Shown here: positions 9,250 to 17,996 of the stretch, in pieces
How positions within the stretch are numbered: position 1 is the first letter of the stretch
How the letters are laid out: each line of letters starts with the position of its first letter
Assembly: GCA_020697635.1 (NCBI GenBank)
Contig: JAEHCT010000001.1
Location: forward strand, 1-38,144
Source: Candidatus Bathyarchaeota archaeon
GTDB taxonomy: Archaea; Thermoproteota; Bathyarchaeia; TCS64
DNA length: 38,144 nt
Direction: 5' to 3'
The notes under the pieces: model-generated
What the model saw: the letters and a program-made list of their open reading frames with translations, nothing else
Told to the model about the DNA's origin: nothing
Databases searched by the model: none
Made by a program: the position numbers and the translations under genes

Positions 9250-10275
9250 TTACGCTTTTCCCAGTTTTTTTGCTAATTTCGCAAGCTCAGGGTGTACGCA
9301 TTTCCCCTTGTCCAGTATCTGTTTCCCATCCAACCAGATGGACACGTTCATGCATATACCGTCGGAGTGAGAAGCCGCCGGCCTCCAAGCCATGTTGCCT
9401 ATGCCGAACTCGACGGACCCCCACACCCTCTCGTCCTCGACGACGTCTCCCGTCAACTTCGCGCCTGGGTTGAAGCCGGGGCAGAGGTGAGCTATCTTGA
9501 GCATGTTCGGGTCGTTGAAGCTCCTCAGCCACGCCTCGTACTTCACCGCGTCGTTCCCGCTACCGAAGGCCATGATGTCGCCGTTCTTGATGGTCAGCTC
9601 TATGGGGTCCTTGATGAGACCCAGCGGGGGGTTCACCGAGCCGTCGAAGACTAGTTTGCCGTTTAGGGTCTCGGCGTCCATGCCCCAGTAGACCTGCCCC
9701 GACATCATGTGGGCGCCGGGGGTGTCGGAGTAGCCTAGAGAGTAGCCGGCCCTTCTCTCCTTGGTCATCTTGAAGGTCACATCCATGCCTGCGGGCGTCG
9801 TGATCCTGAACTCGTTGGTGTCCTTGACGATCTCGGTCAGCTTGTCCAGAAACTCCTTAAGAGTGGGGTAATCGACTCTGCCGATGGTTCTCACCATCAT
9901 GTCCACGTTCATGCCGACGAGGCAGTTGTACCTAAGCTTGGGGTTCTCCTTCATGGCCCTGTCGTACACGTTGGAGTAGAATATCCACTGGTTGTTGAAC
10001 TCGACCCACGCGTCGGCCCCTTTCAGCGCCCCAACCAGCGACTCGGTAGGGAACATGGGGTCCGCGGCCTTACCGACCCCGAGGGGGGAGGCGAGCCAGA
10101 TAACCATGGGTTTACCTCCGGCAGCGAAGGCGGCCCTCGCTGTCGCGTTCACCACCCTCTCATCGGACTCTGTGTCGGCCGTGATGACCATGGTCTCTCC
10201 CTCTTTCAGTTTGAAGAGCTCGTTGACCAGAATATCCGCGGCCTTTCCTAACTCGAATTCATACCATCCGGGCAT
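9250..10275 (-). CDS. M29-family (aminopeptidase T/PepS; NicX-like) protein
   Basis: The ORF is listed as 9250-10308. ATG at 10275 (MPGWYEFELGKAADILVNE...) is the likelier start. Length and N-terminal pattern match thermophilic metalloprotease M29-fold proteins. This call is from memory of the family, not an alignment. Confidence 0.55.
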   Translation of the reverse strand: MPGWYEFELGKAADILVNELFKLKEGETMVITADTESDERVVNATARAAFAAGGKPMVIWLASPLGVGKAADPMFPTESLVGALKGADAWVEFNNQWIFYSNVYDRAMKENPKLRYNCLVGMNVDMMVRTIGRVDYPTLKEFLDKLTEIVKDTNEFRITTPAGMDVTFKMTKERRAGYSLGYSDTPGAHMMSGQVYWGMDAETLNGKLVFDGSVNPPLGLIKDPIELTIKNGDIMAFGSGNDAVKYEAWLRSFNDPNMLKIAHLCPGFNPGAKLTGDVVEDERVWGSVEFGIGNMAWRPAASHSDGICMNVSIWLDGKQILDKGKCVHPELAKLAKKLGKA

Positions 10276-10469
10276 ACATTTCACCGTTATAATTCTTCTA
10301 GAATACATAATAACGGTTTTCTTATATTAAATTCTTACAACCAGAAATATGATGAAACAACTAATTTATCAGTGAATTATGTTTTCGGATGATATTTCCC
10401 AATAAAATCAAGGCAACTGGTTTGTTAATTGTCGGTAATTATAAAAAAACAGAACCTCTCTTGGTATTA

Positions 10470-12524
10470 ATGGACTCCAGTTACAGAGTGGGCATAGACA
10501 TAGGTGGAGCCTTCACCGATCTCGTCGCGTACGACAGCACCACCAAAGATCTGAGGTGGGTTAAAGTCGAGAGCACGCCGAGGGAGCTCTCGATGGGCGT
10601 CGTCGACTGCATCAAGAGGAGTGGCATAGCTCAGCCTGAGATGGAGCAGATAATCCACGGACAGACCGTTGTCATAAACACCATAATAGAGAGGAAGGGG
10701 GTCAACGTGGGGCTGCTCACGACGAGGGGACACAGAGACGTCCTCGAGATACAGAGGGCGAACCGCCGGGACATGTACAACTTCAAGTACAAGAAGCCTG
10801 AATCCATCGTACCCAGACATCTCCGTATCGAGGTCGATGAACGGATCATGGCCGACGGCACAGTTCTCAAAGAGATCAGCGGTGAGCAGGTGGAGGAGGC
10901 CTCTAAGAGACTCGTCGAGAAAGGCGTCGACGCTATCTGCGTCTCATTCCTCAACTCCTACGTGAACCCCGAAAACGAGAGGAAGGCGGGGGAGATAATT
11001 AGAAGCCGTCACAACGTGCCCGTCGTCCTCTCCCACGAGGTCACCCGAGAGTGGAGAGAGTACGAGCGGTTCTCGACGGCCGCGCTAAACGCCTATGTCC
11101 TCCCGATCCTTGACAGGTACCTCAGCAGGCTGCAGAGCTCCCTCACCAAGGACCCTCGCAAGTGCATGGCGATGACCTCCGACGGCGGAATGGTCTCATT
11201 CGACTTCGCCCGGAGGTTCCCCATATACACCGTAGAGTCCGGGCCCGTGGCTGGAGTCATCGGTGCATTAGGGGTCGCTGAGGCCGTGGGTGAGAAGGAC
11301 ATCATCGCGCTTGACGGAGGCAGCACAACCACCAAGGCGTCCCTTGTCGAGGGCCTCAACCCGGAGGTCACCACCGAGTACTACGTCGAGAGGGACAGGT
11401 TCAGGCCAGGGTTCCCCGTGATGGTCCCCGTCGTACGGACGGTGGAGATAGGGAACGGCGGCACCAGCATAGCTTGGATCGACGAGGTTGGCAGGGTGAG
11501 AGTCGGGCCTAAGGCCGCTGGCGCAGATCCGGGGCCCGTCTGCTACGGCAAGGGAGGGGACCAGCCTACCCTCACAGACGCCTACGTCGTAACAGGGATG
11601 CTGAACCCCGACTACCTCCTGGGCGGAGAGCTGCCGATCCACAGAGACCTAGCGGTAAAGGCGATCAACGGGGTAGCGGCCGAGCTCGACACGAGCCTCG
11701 AGGAGGCAGCCGAGGGAATTATAAAGCTGGCGAACGAGAACGCGGCCTACGCCATAGACCTTGTCTCGGTCCAGAGGGGGTACGACCCAAGGGACTTCAC
11801 GCTCATCGCCTACGGCGGCTCCGGCCCCATGTTCGCCCCCTTCATCGCCGAGGAGCTGGAGATCGGTAAGATAGTCGTGCCCGTCATACCTCCGGGGGTG
11901 TTCTCCGCGTGGGGCATGCTGAACACGGATGTCCGCCACAACTCGATACACACCCACATAACCCGGCTGGACGCGCCGGACGCCCTGGAGACCCTGAGCC
12001 GCATCTACAAGGACTTGGAGGACGAGGTCACCGGTATGTTCCGCTCGGAGGGAGGAGAAAGCCCCACCGCGATAGAGAGGTACGCGGACATCAGGTACTA
12101 TGGGCAGGAGCACACCGTCAAGGTGTATGTGCCCTCCGGGGCACTCTCGGCCCCTGACCTTCAGACGATCCTCGAGAGCTTCCACGCGACCCACGAGAGG
12201 GAGTACGAATTCAAACTGCCCGGCGACCCAGCCGAGATCGTCAACTTCCACGTGGTTGGCATCAGGAGGGTACAGAAGCTCAGCCTTGGAGAGCTGCCTG
12301 AGCCGTCGGGTTCCCAGGACCCGTTGCTCACGGATAGGAGCGTGTACATAAACGGAGGCTACGAGGAACTCCCCGTGTACGACAGAACCCTTCTAACCGT
12401 TGGGTTCAGCCTCGAGGGCCCAGCCATCCTGGAGGACCCGACAGCCACTATAATAGTGCTCACCGGGCAGAAGGCGTCCGTGGATAGGTTTGGTAACACC
12501 GTCATCAGGAGCGTGGTAAGATGA
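10470..12524 (+). CDS. hyuA: Hydantoinase A / 5-oxoprolinase / N-methylhydantoinase (ATP-hydrolysing) subunit A family
   Basis: MDSSYRVGIDIGGAFTDLV... is the canonical Hydant_A N-terminus (ASKHA phosphate-1 motif). The ORF-track start at 10389 adds 27 AT-rich codons that look like promoter sequence. Confidence 0.85.
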   Translation: MDSSYRVGIDIGGAFTDLVAYDSTTKDLRWVKVESTPRELSMGVVDCIKRSGIAQPEMEQIIHGQTVVINTIIERKGVNVGLLTTRGHRDVLEIQRANRRDMYNFKYKKPESIVPRHLRIEVDERIMADGTVLKEISGEQVEEASKRLVEKGVDAICVSFLNSYVNPENERKAGEIIRSRHNVPVVLSHEVTREWREYERFSTAALNAYVLPILDRYLSRLQSSLTKDPRKCMAMTSDGGMVSFDFARRFPIYTVESGPVAGVIGALGVAEAVGEKDIIALDGGSTTTKASLVEGLNPEVTTEYYVERDRFRPGFPVMVPVVRTVEIGNGGTSIAWIDEVGRVRVGPKAAGADPGPVCYGKGGDQPTLTDAYVVTGMLNPDYLLGGELPIHRDLAVKAINGVAAELDTSLEEAAEGIIKLANENAAYAIDLVSVQRGYDPRDFTLIAYGGSGPMFAPFIAEELEIGKIVVPVIPPGVFSAWGMLNTDVRHNSIHTHITRLDAPDALETLSRIYKDLEDEVTGMFRSEGGESPTAIERYADIRYYGQEHTVKVYVPSGALSAPDLQTILESFHATHEREYEFKLPGDPAEIVNFHVVGIRRVQKLSLGELPEPSGSQDPLLTDRSVYINGGYEELPVYDRTLLTVGFSLEGPAILEDPTATIIVLTGQKASVDRFGNTVIRSVVR

Positions 12525-14257
12525 CCGTAAACAGCACGTCGCCGTTCACACTGGAGATCATCAAGAACGGGTTGATAGTGGCCTCGGAGGAGATGTTCTA
12601 CTCCTGGGGGCGGACCGCGAAGAGCCCAGTCATATACGAGGTCCTGGACTACGCCGTCGGCCTCATAGACGCCGAGGGCAAGAACCTCGTGACCCAAGCC
12701 CCCGGGATACCTGGGTTCACGGGTGTCCTCGACTTCGCCGCCGGAGAGGTGGTGGAGATGTGGGGAGACGACATCCGGGCCGGGGACGTCTTCGTGAGCA
12801 ACGTGCCCTACCAGTCTGGGACCCACCTCAACGACGTCACCCTGATAATGCCCATATTCAACGGCGGCCGGAGGCTCGGGTTCGCGGTGGCCAAGGGCCA
12901 CTGGAGCGAGGTCGGAGGGATGCACTTCGGGAGCTGGACCTCCGACTCCACAGAGATATACCAGGAGGGGATCCAGTTCCCCTGCGTGAAGCTCTACGTC
13001 GGCGGCGAGCCCAACAGGAGCATCGTGGAGATGATAAGGTACAACTCCAGGATGCCCGACTTCGTCCTCGGGGACATGTACGCCCAGGTGGCCTCCTTGA
13101 AGGTCGCCGGGAGGAGGGTGAACTGGCTCGTGGACAAGTACGGCCTGGAGACGGTCCTCGACGCCATGGACCGGCTGCTGGAGGACGGGGAGAAGTACGC
13201 CAGGCTCAAGATGAGGGACCTGCCCAAGGGTACCTTCACGGCCGAGGACTGGATCGACGACGACGGCATAACGGACGACCCCATCCCGGTGAAGGTGGAG
13301 GTCAAGATCACTGACGACGAGTTCCTGGTGGACTTCACAGGCAGCGGCAAGCAGGCAGCGGGGTCCATCAACTCGGCTTACCCCAGCACGGTCTCGGGGG
13401 TGAGGGAGACCTACATGGCCATGATAGACCCCTACACCCACCCCAACGGAGGCTTCTTCGCGCCCCTCAAGATCATAGCCCCCGAGGGGACTGTGTTCAA
13501 CCCCCAGAGGCCGGCGCCTACATCCACGTTCTGGGAGGGGATGTCCCACGCCGCCGACATAGTCTGGAAGGCCCTCGCTCACGTCTCCCCGGAGAGGCTG
13601 AGCGCGGGCCACTTCCTCTCCATAGAGGCCACGATCCTCGGCGGCGTAGACGACAGGACCGGGACGCCCTTCGCCATCGTCGAGCCCCAGCCGGGGGGAT
13701 GGGGCGCCGGCTACGACATGGACGGCGAGAGCGCCCTCGTGGCCTGCGGCGACGGCGAGACGTACATAGCCTCCAGCGAGGTCTACGAGCGGAGGACGCC
13801 TATACTGGTCGAGCGGTACGCCCTCAACACCGGGGACGGCACCGGGCACGGGACCCATAGAGGCGGCTTCGGCGCGGTGAGGAACTACAGGCTCCTCTGC
13901 AGCGAGGCTAGCTTCACCGTCTCAGCGGGGAGATCAAAGTTCCCGTGCTGGGGCGTGGACGGAGGCATGAAGGGCACGCCTAACTACGCCGTGGTCTACA
14001 GGCAGGGCGAGGACCCCATGAGGGTGCTGAAGGTCGCGGCCCTCAAGGTGCGGAAGGGCGACGTGGTGAGCCTCGTCACCGGGGGAGGCGGCGGGTGGGG
14101 AGATCCCTTGAAGCGTGACCCGGAGCTGGTGCTCGGGGACGTGGTGAACGGGTACGTGACAGCCGAGGTCGCCAGAGAGGTCTACGGGGTCGAGATAAAC
14201 AAGGAGACAATGGAGATCGACGCTAAAGCAACCAGGGATCTCAGACGGAGATTGTGA
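12521..14257 (+). CDS. hyuB: Hydantoinase B / 5-oxoprolinase subunit B family
   Basis: 578 aa. An ATGA start/stop overlap with hyuA indicates translational coupling. The N-terminus (FTLEIIKNGLIVASEEM) is typical of Hydantoinase_B. Confidence 0.85.
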   Translation: MTVNSTSPFTLEIIKNGLIVASEEMFYSWGRTAKSPVIYEVLDYAVGLIDAEGKNLVTQAPGIPGFTGVLDFAAGEVVEMWGDDIRAGDVFVSNVPYQSGTHLNDVTLIMPIFNGGRRLGFAVAKGHWSEVGGMHFGSWTSDSTEIYQEGIQFPCVKLYVGGEPNRSIVEMIRYNSRMPDFVLGDMYAQVASLKVAGRRVNWLVDKYGLETVLDAMDRLLEDGEKYARLKMRDLPKGTFTAEDWIDDDGITDDPIPVKVEVKITDDEFLVDFTGSGKQAAGSINSAYPSTVSGVRETYMAMIDPYTHPNGGFFAPLKIIAPEGTVFNPQRPAPTSTFWEGMSHAADIVWKALAHVSPERLSAGHFLSIEATILGGVDDRTGTPFAIVEPQPGGWGAGYDMDGESALVACGDGETYIASSEVYERRTPILVERYALNTGDGTGHGTHRGGFGAVRNYRLLCSEASFTVSAGRSKFPCWGVDGGMKGTPNYAVVYRQGEDPMRVLKVAALKVRKGDVVSLVTGGGGGWGDPLKRDPELVLGDVVNGYVTAEVAREVYGVEINKETMEIDAKATRDLRRRL

Positions 14258-14259
14258 AG

Positions 14260-14273
14260 CCCCCCCCCTTTTT
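14260..14273 (+). terminator. C9-T5 tract directly after the hyuB stop (candidate archaeal oligo-T terminator)
   Basis: The sequence CCCCCCCCCTTTTT begins 3 nt after TGA (14255-14257). Confidence 0.3.
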
Positions 14274-14324
14274 CATTACAACAAAGTTCATATGGCGTAG
14301 AGTAGCTGGTAGGCGGTCGACGGG

Positions 14325-15500
14325 ATGGAGAAATCAAAGGATAAGCTGTTGAAATCGTTATACTTGACAAATTTTCTCTCTTCTCTCGCCTTCGGAACCA
14401 TAATCTATCTCCTCCCCGTCTACGCTGAGGGACTGGGGGCCTCTTTCTACGATCTCGGAGTCATCGGCGGGGTCGGTAACGCCGTCTACACCGTGTCTAC
14501 GCTTGTCACTGGTTTCCTGCTAGACGTTTTCGAGAGGGCCCGATTCTACTCTGTGTCCTGCATACTCGGAGTCGTCACCATACTCTCTTTCTACCGGACC
14601 ACCGGCGTGATGGAGATAATGCTGGTCCGGGGTCTACTGGGAGGCGTATCCGCGGCGTTCTGGGTAGCAACCAGCACCCTTATCGCCGACACGTCCCCGC
14701 CAGAGCGGCTCACCACGTCGATGGCGCGCTACAATATTTCGTGGATGACCGCGTTCGTGGTGGGCCCCTTTCTCGGGGGAATGATCTCAGATACCCTCGG
14801 GTTTTCATTCCTCTTCGTGACGGCGTCGACGCTCAACGTGGTGAGCTTCGTGATCATATACGCGTTTATCCGCCCCAACCTGGAAGGGAAAAAGGAGGGC
14901 GGTAACCTAAGGGTCAGCTACCAGGCCCTGAAAAACCTGTTCTACGTGTACCTAGCCTTGATGCCTTACGCCCTGGTTCTCGGGGTATACATGGCGATAA
15001 TGCCGGGCCACATGAAGGAGCTGGGGATCACAACCGCCGTGGTGGGGCTGCTTCTTACAATCTCAAACGGCTTCAGGGGGCTGGGCTTCCTGTTCGCCGA
15101 GAGGTTCGTGGGTTGGGGGGTGAAGAAGTCCCTCGCACTGGCCTCGGTTCTCTTGTTCGCCGCTCTCATCCTCGTCGCCTTCTCGCAGGGAGTGGCAGGC
15201 TTCCTCCTTCCCATGATACTCTTCGGCTTCGCAGGCGGCATCGTAACGCCGGTCATACTCGACTGCGTCGCCGGAGGAGCCCACCCGGGTGCCCTCGGGG
15301 CCGCCCTCGGGACCCATGAAGCCATCTACGGGCTCGGAATGTGCTTGGGGCCCATAGCGGGAGGAGCCTTCGCCGAATCCTTCCATCCCACAGCGTTATA
15401 CTTTTCGCTGGCGACGCTCTCGTTGCTGATACTCCCCGTCTCGCGGGCCATAGGTAAAGGTCAGCGAAGACCCTCAACTGGAAGTGAGGGACAGTTATAA
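14325..15500 (+). CDS. MFS transporter
   Basis: 391 aa with about 12 hydrophobic segments. The loop 2-3 region resembles the MFS signature (GFLLDVFERAR). Confidence 0.8.
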   Translation: MEKSKDKLLKSLYLTNFLSSLAFGTIIYLLPVYAEGLGASFYDLGVIGGVGNAVYTVSTLVTGFLLDVFERARFYSVSCILGVVTILSFYRTTGVMEIMLVRGLLGGVSAAFWVATSTLIADTSPPERLTTSMARYNISWMTAFVVGPFLGGMISDTLGFSFLFVTASTLNVVSFVIIYAFIRPNLEGKKEGGNLRVSYQALKNLFYVYLALMPYALVLGVYMAIMPGHMKELGITTAVVGLLLTISNGFRGLGFLFAERFVGWGVKKSLALASVLLFAALILVAFSQGVAGFLLPMILFGFAGGIVTPVILDCVAGGAHPGALGAALGTHEAIYGLGMCLGPIAGGAFAESFHPTALYFSLATLSLLILPVSRAIGKGQRRPSTGSEGQL

Positions 15501-15530
15501 GTAATGTAAATAATCACTAGGTAGATCGCC

Positions 15531-16592
15531 ATGAAATTAACTAAGGATCAAGAGAGCCACGCCTTAGCCCTCCACAAGGAGGCCCTCGTGGTAGACTTCC
15601 ACTGCGACGGAGTGCTCGCGACGCTACCCGACTCAGCCTACATCATCGGAGACGCTAAGAAGAGGACCCTCCACGAGAGGTCAGACAACGGCCACGTGGA
15701 CATCCCCCGGCTCCTGGAGGGCGGCGTAGACTGCCAGGTGTTCTCCCACTTCGTGGAGCCCATATACAACCCCATCGCCCCCCACAGGATGCTACAGGTC
15801 CTGGGGTACAGCCTGAACGAGATCGAGAAATCAGACAAGGTGAGCCTGGTGAAGAACTACGACGACATAGTCGCCAACGACGGTAAGAGGCTCAGCTTCA
15901 TGATAGGGTTCGAGGGCGGAGAGGCCCTGGTCAACGACCTTCGGTTGCTGAAGGTCTATCACACGGTTGGCCTGCGTAGGCTGACTCTGACCTGGAACAA
16001 CAGGAACATGATCGCGGACGGCGTTACATGGCAGAGATCCAAGGGCGGGCTGACCGAGTTCGGCGCCGACGTAGTGAAGGAGTGCAACAGGCTGGGCATC
16101 CTCGTCGACGTCAGCCACATCACCGACCAGGGGCTCTGGGACACCCTGGAGGCCAGCGAGGAGCCGGTGATCGCGTCTCACTCGAACTGCAGGGCCCTGT
16201 GCAGCCACAAACGGAACCTCACGGACGATATGATCAAGGCCTTGGCAGAGAAGGGCGGGATGATAGGCGTCAACTACGTGCCCTTCTTCCTGAAAGACAT
16301 AGACTTCGCTAAGCTGAGAGGCGGAGACGAGGAGGAGAAAAGGAAGGTCGAGTCCGTCACCGTGGAGACTGTCGTTGACCACGTAGACCACATGGTCGAG
16401 GTCATCGGAAACACCGACCACATAGGCTTGGGCTCCGACTTCGACGGGGTGCCCTCCATCGCGAAGGGACTTGATGACGCCAGTAAGATGCCGAACCTGA
16501 CTAAGGCTTTCGTCGCCAGAGGCTACTCGGACCAGGAGATCAAGGGAATACTGGGAGGCAACTTCCTCCGATTAATCAAGAAGATATGCTAA
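15531..16592 (+). CDS. Membrane-dipeptidase family protein (peptidase M19)
   Basis: 353 aa. M19 hallmarks are present: VVDFHCD near the N-terminus, ASHSN, and HIGLGSDFDG. Confidence 0.8.
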   Translation: MKLTKDQESHALALHKEALVVDFHCDGVLATLPDSAYIIGDAKKRTLHERSDNGHVDIPRLLEGGVDCQVFSHFVEPIYNPIAPHRMLQVLGYSLNEIEKSDKVSLVKNYDDIVANDGKRLSFMIGFEGGEALVNDLRLLKVYHTVGLRRLTLTWNNRNMIADGVTWQRSKGGLTEFGADVVKECNRLGILVDVSHITDQGLWDTLEASEEPVIASHSNCRALCSHKRNLTDDMIKALAEKGGMIGVNYVPFFLKDIDFAKLRGGDEEEKRKVESVTVETVVDHVDHMVEVIGNTDHIGLGSDFDGVPSIAKGLDDASKMPNLTKAFVARGYSDQEIKGILGGNFLRLIKKIC

Positions 16593-16594
16593 TG

Positions 16595-16631
16595 AGCCTC
16601 TTCTCTCTCTAAACAGAGGCTGTTCCCTTTT
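16595..16631. terminator. Hairpin plus T-tract between convergent genes
   Basis: AGCCTCT (16595-16601) pairs perfectly with AGAGGCT (16615-16621) around a 13-nt loop. It is followed by GTTCCCTTTTT. Confidence 0.35.
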
Positions 16632-16726
16632 TACTGGCTTGTTTTACTTCTTCAAATAGGACGTGGTTCACTTTTGGGTTTATTAGCTGTGGCGCTCTGA
16701 CGGTGGATAGAATAAAAAGGGGAAAG

Positions 16727-17575
16727 CTAGCCCTGGAAGGCGGGGGGCGTCGGTATCTTCTTCCACTCGCGTATTAACTCGACTACGAACTCGACGCGTT
16801 TCTCGAACCGCTTCGCGTATTCCTCGGGGTCGGCGTCGTGGGGACTCCCCAGCCCGTAGATGCCGTCCGTGCTGAAATCGTCGGTGTCTGGCTGGCTGCA
16901 CGCCGCTCTGACCTGGCTGACGACCTCGTAGTCGCCTCTGTCGGGGTCAAGGAACGCCCGGAGCTTCGGGTCTACGTCCAGCGAAGGCGTCCAGTCCTCA
17001 GGCACCCGGTCCAGCTCAACCAGCTCAGGGAACATGTACAGGGCCGTCCCCGTCTCGTTGATGCCGCTGTGTACGTCCCAGAGCCGCTTCTGCCTGTCTG
17101 CGAAGACCTTCGCCAGCTCGGTGCTGTCCGGGCCGCTCGGCGCCGCCACCATTACCCCGTACTCCCGCTTGGCCAGCTGCACCACGAGGTTCATTATGTT
17201 CCTGTTGCCGCCGTGCCCGTTCATTATCACGAACCGCTTCACACCGTGATACGCGAGGCTCCCGATGGTGTCCATTAAAACCCCCATCAGCGTGTCCCAG
17301 CTGAACGTCACGGTGCCCTTGAACCCGAGGTGGTGGGGGCTGAACCCAGGCCAGCAGGGATGCACCGCCACGCTGTTGCTTCGCTTCGCCACCTCGTGGA
17401 TGTACCGCTTCACGGCCATGGAGTCCATCCCCAGAGGAAGGTGGGGCCCATGCTGCTCTATGGAGCCGATGCCGATGACCACGACGGGGTGCTCCTCGTG
17501 TTCAAGCCAGTCCTCGAACGCTGGCCTCGTCAGCTCGGTGATCCAGAACTTGGATAGCTTACCTTTCTCGCTCAT
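16727..17575 (-). CDS. Creatininase-family amidohydrolase (creatinine amidohydrolase / ArfB-type deformylase family)
   Basis: 282 aa. The family motif GSIEQHGPHLPLGMD lies near the N-terminus, and NGHGGN is present later. Confidence 0.8.
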   Translation of the reverse strand: MSEKGKLSKFWITELTRPAFEDWLEHEEHPVVVIGIGSIEQHGPHLPLGMDSMAVKRYIHEVAKRSNSVAVHPCWPGFSPHHLGFKGTVTFSWDTLMGVLMDTIGSLAYHGVKRFVIMNGHGGNRNIMNLVVQLAKREYGVMVAAPSGPDSTELAKVFADRQKRLWDVHSGINETGTALYMFPELVELDRVPEDWTPSLDVDPKLRAFLDPDRGDYEVVSQVRAACSQPDTDDFSTDGIYGLGSPHDADPEEYAKRFEKRVEFVVELIREWKKIPTPPAFQG

Positions 17576-17595
17576 AACGATCGCGTAAAGATCGG

Positions 17596-17919
17596 TTGCA
17601 GATGGTTAAGAAACCTCTTACTATGAGTTTAAACAAACATAAATCAACCAAACTACATGTGACGCCGCCGATAATCGCGGTGATCGCCGTGATCGTCACA
17701 CTGGCCCTCGTACGCCTCACCAAGAGAGCCACATCAACCAAGACAGGGACATTCCAAGCGACGGCGACCGACAGGCGCAAAGAGACCAACATAACCTACA
17801 TGGAGTTTTTCATGTCCACCATCAAGCACATCCGGGTAACCGACAGGAGGCTCCAGGCGGAGACCGCCAAGGAGGCCTACGAGGCGATCGACATAGGCGC
17901 CACGGCGAATGTTGCCTAG
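17596..17919 (+). CDS. Hypothetical small single-pass membrane protein
   Basis: 107-aa ORF with a TTG start (ATG two codons later). It has one TM helix (PPIIAVIAVIVTLALVRL). I recognise no family, and coding status is uncertain. Confidence 0.35.
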   Translation: MQMVKKPLTMSLNKHKSTKLHVTPPIIAVIAVIVTLALVRLTKRATSTKTGTFQATATDRRKETNITYMEFFMSTIKHIRVTDRRLQAETAKEAYEAIDIGATANVA

Positions 17920-17996
17920 TACAGCGGCGGCGCCTACAGAGTGGATCAGTGACAAATAAAACTTAATAGACCTCGCTACGGAGGCAAGCCAACCAA

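Noticed and set aside
10349-10420. C/D-box-like sRNA signature: ATGATGA at 10349-10355, GATGATA at 10389-10395 and CTGG near 10417.
   Set aside because: There are no proper CUGA D or D' boxes at the required ~12-nt guide spacing. The spacing between the boxes is wrong. The region is an AT-rich divergent promoter, where such strings arise by chance.
10389-10469. N-terminal extensions offered by the ORF track: hyuA from 10389, M29-like to 10308, phosphorylase to 30760, SBP from 25151 and cupin to 35406.
   Set aside because: The extensions run through AT-rich promoter-like DNA or across divergent promoters. They precede conserved family N-termini that begin at an internal ATG.
12359-13858. A 499-aa minus-strand ORF, the longest of many long ORFs lying opposite annotated genes. 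Others are 21877-22923, 24222-24935, 5581-6249, 6434-6979, 1908-2504, 8146-8775 and 15831-16421.
   Set aside because: Each lies antisense to, or out of frame with, a gene that has clear family motifs (hyuB, cysS, M20, permeases and others). Their translations are low-complexity and rich in R/G/P/H/V. Stop-free antisense frames are expected in GC-rich, GC3-biased DNA.
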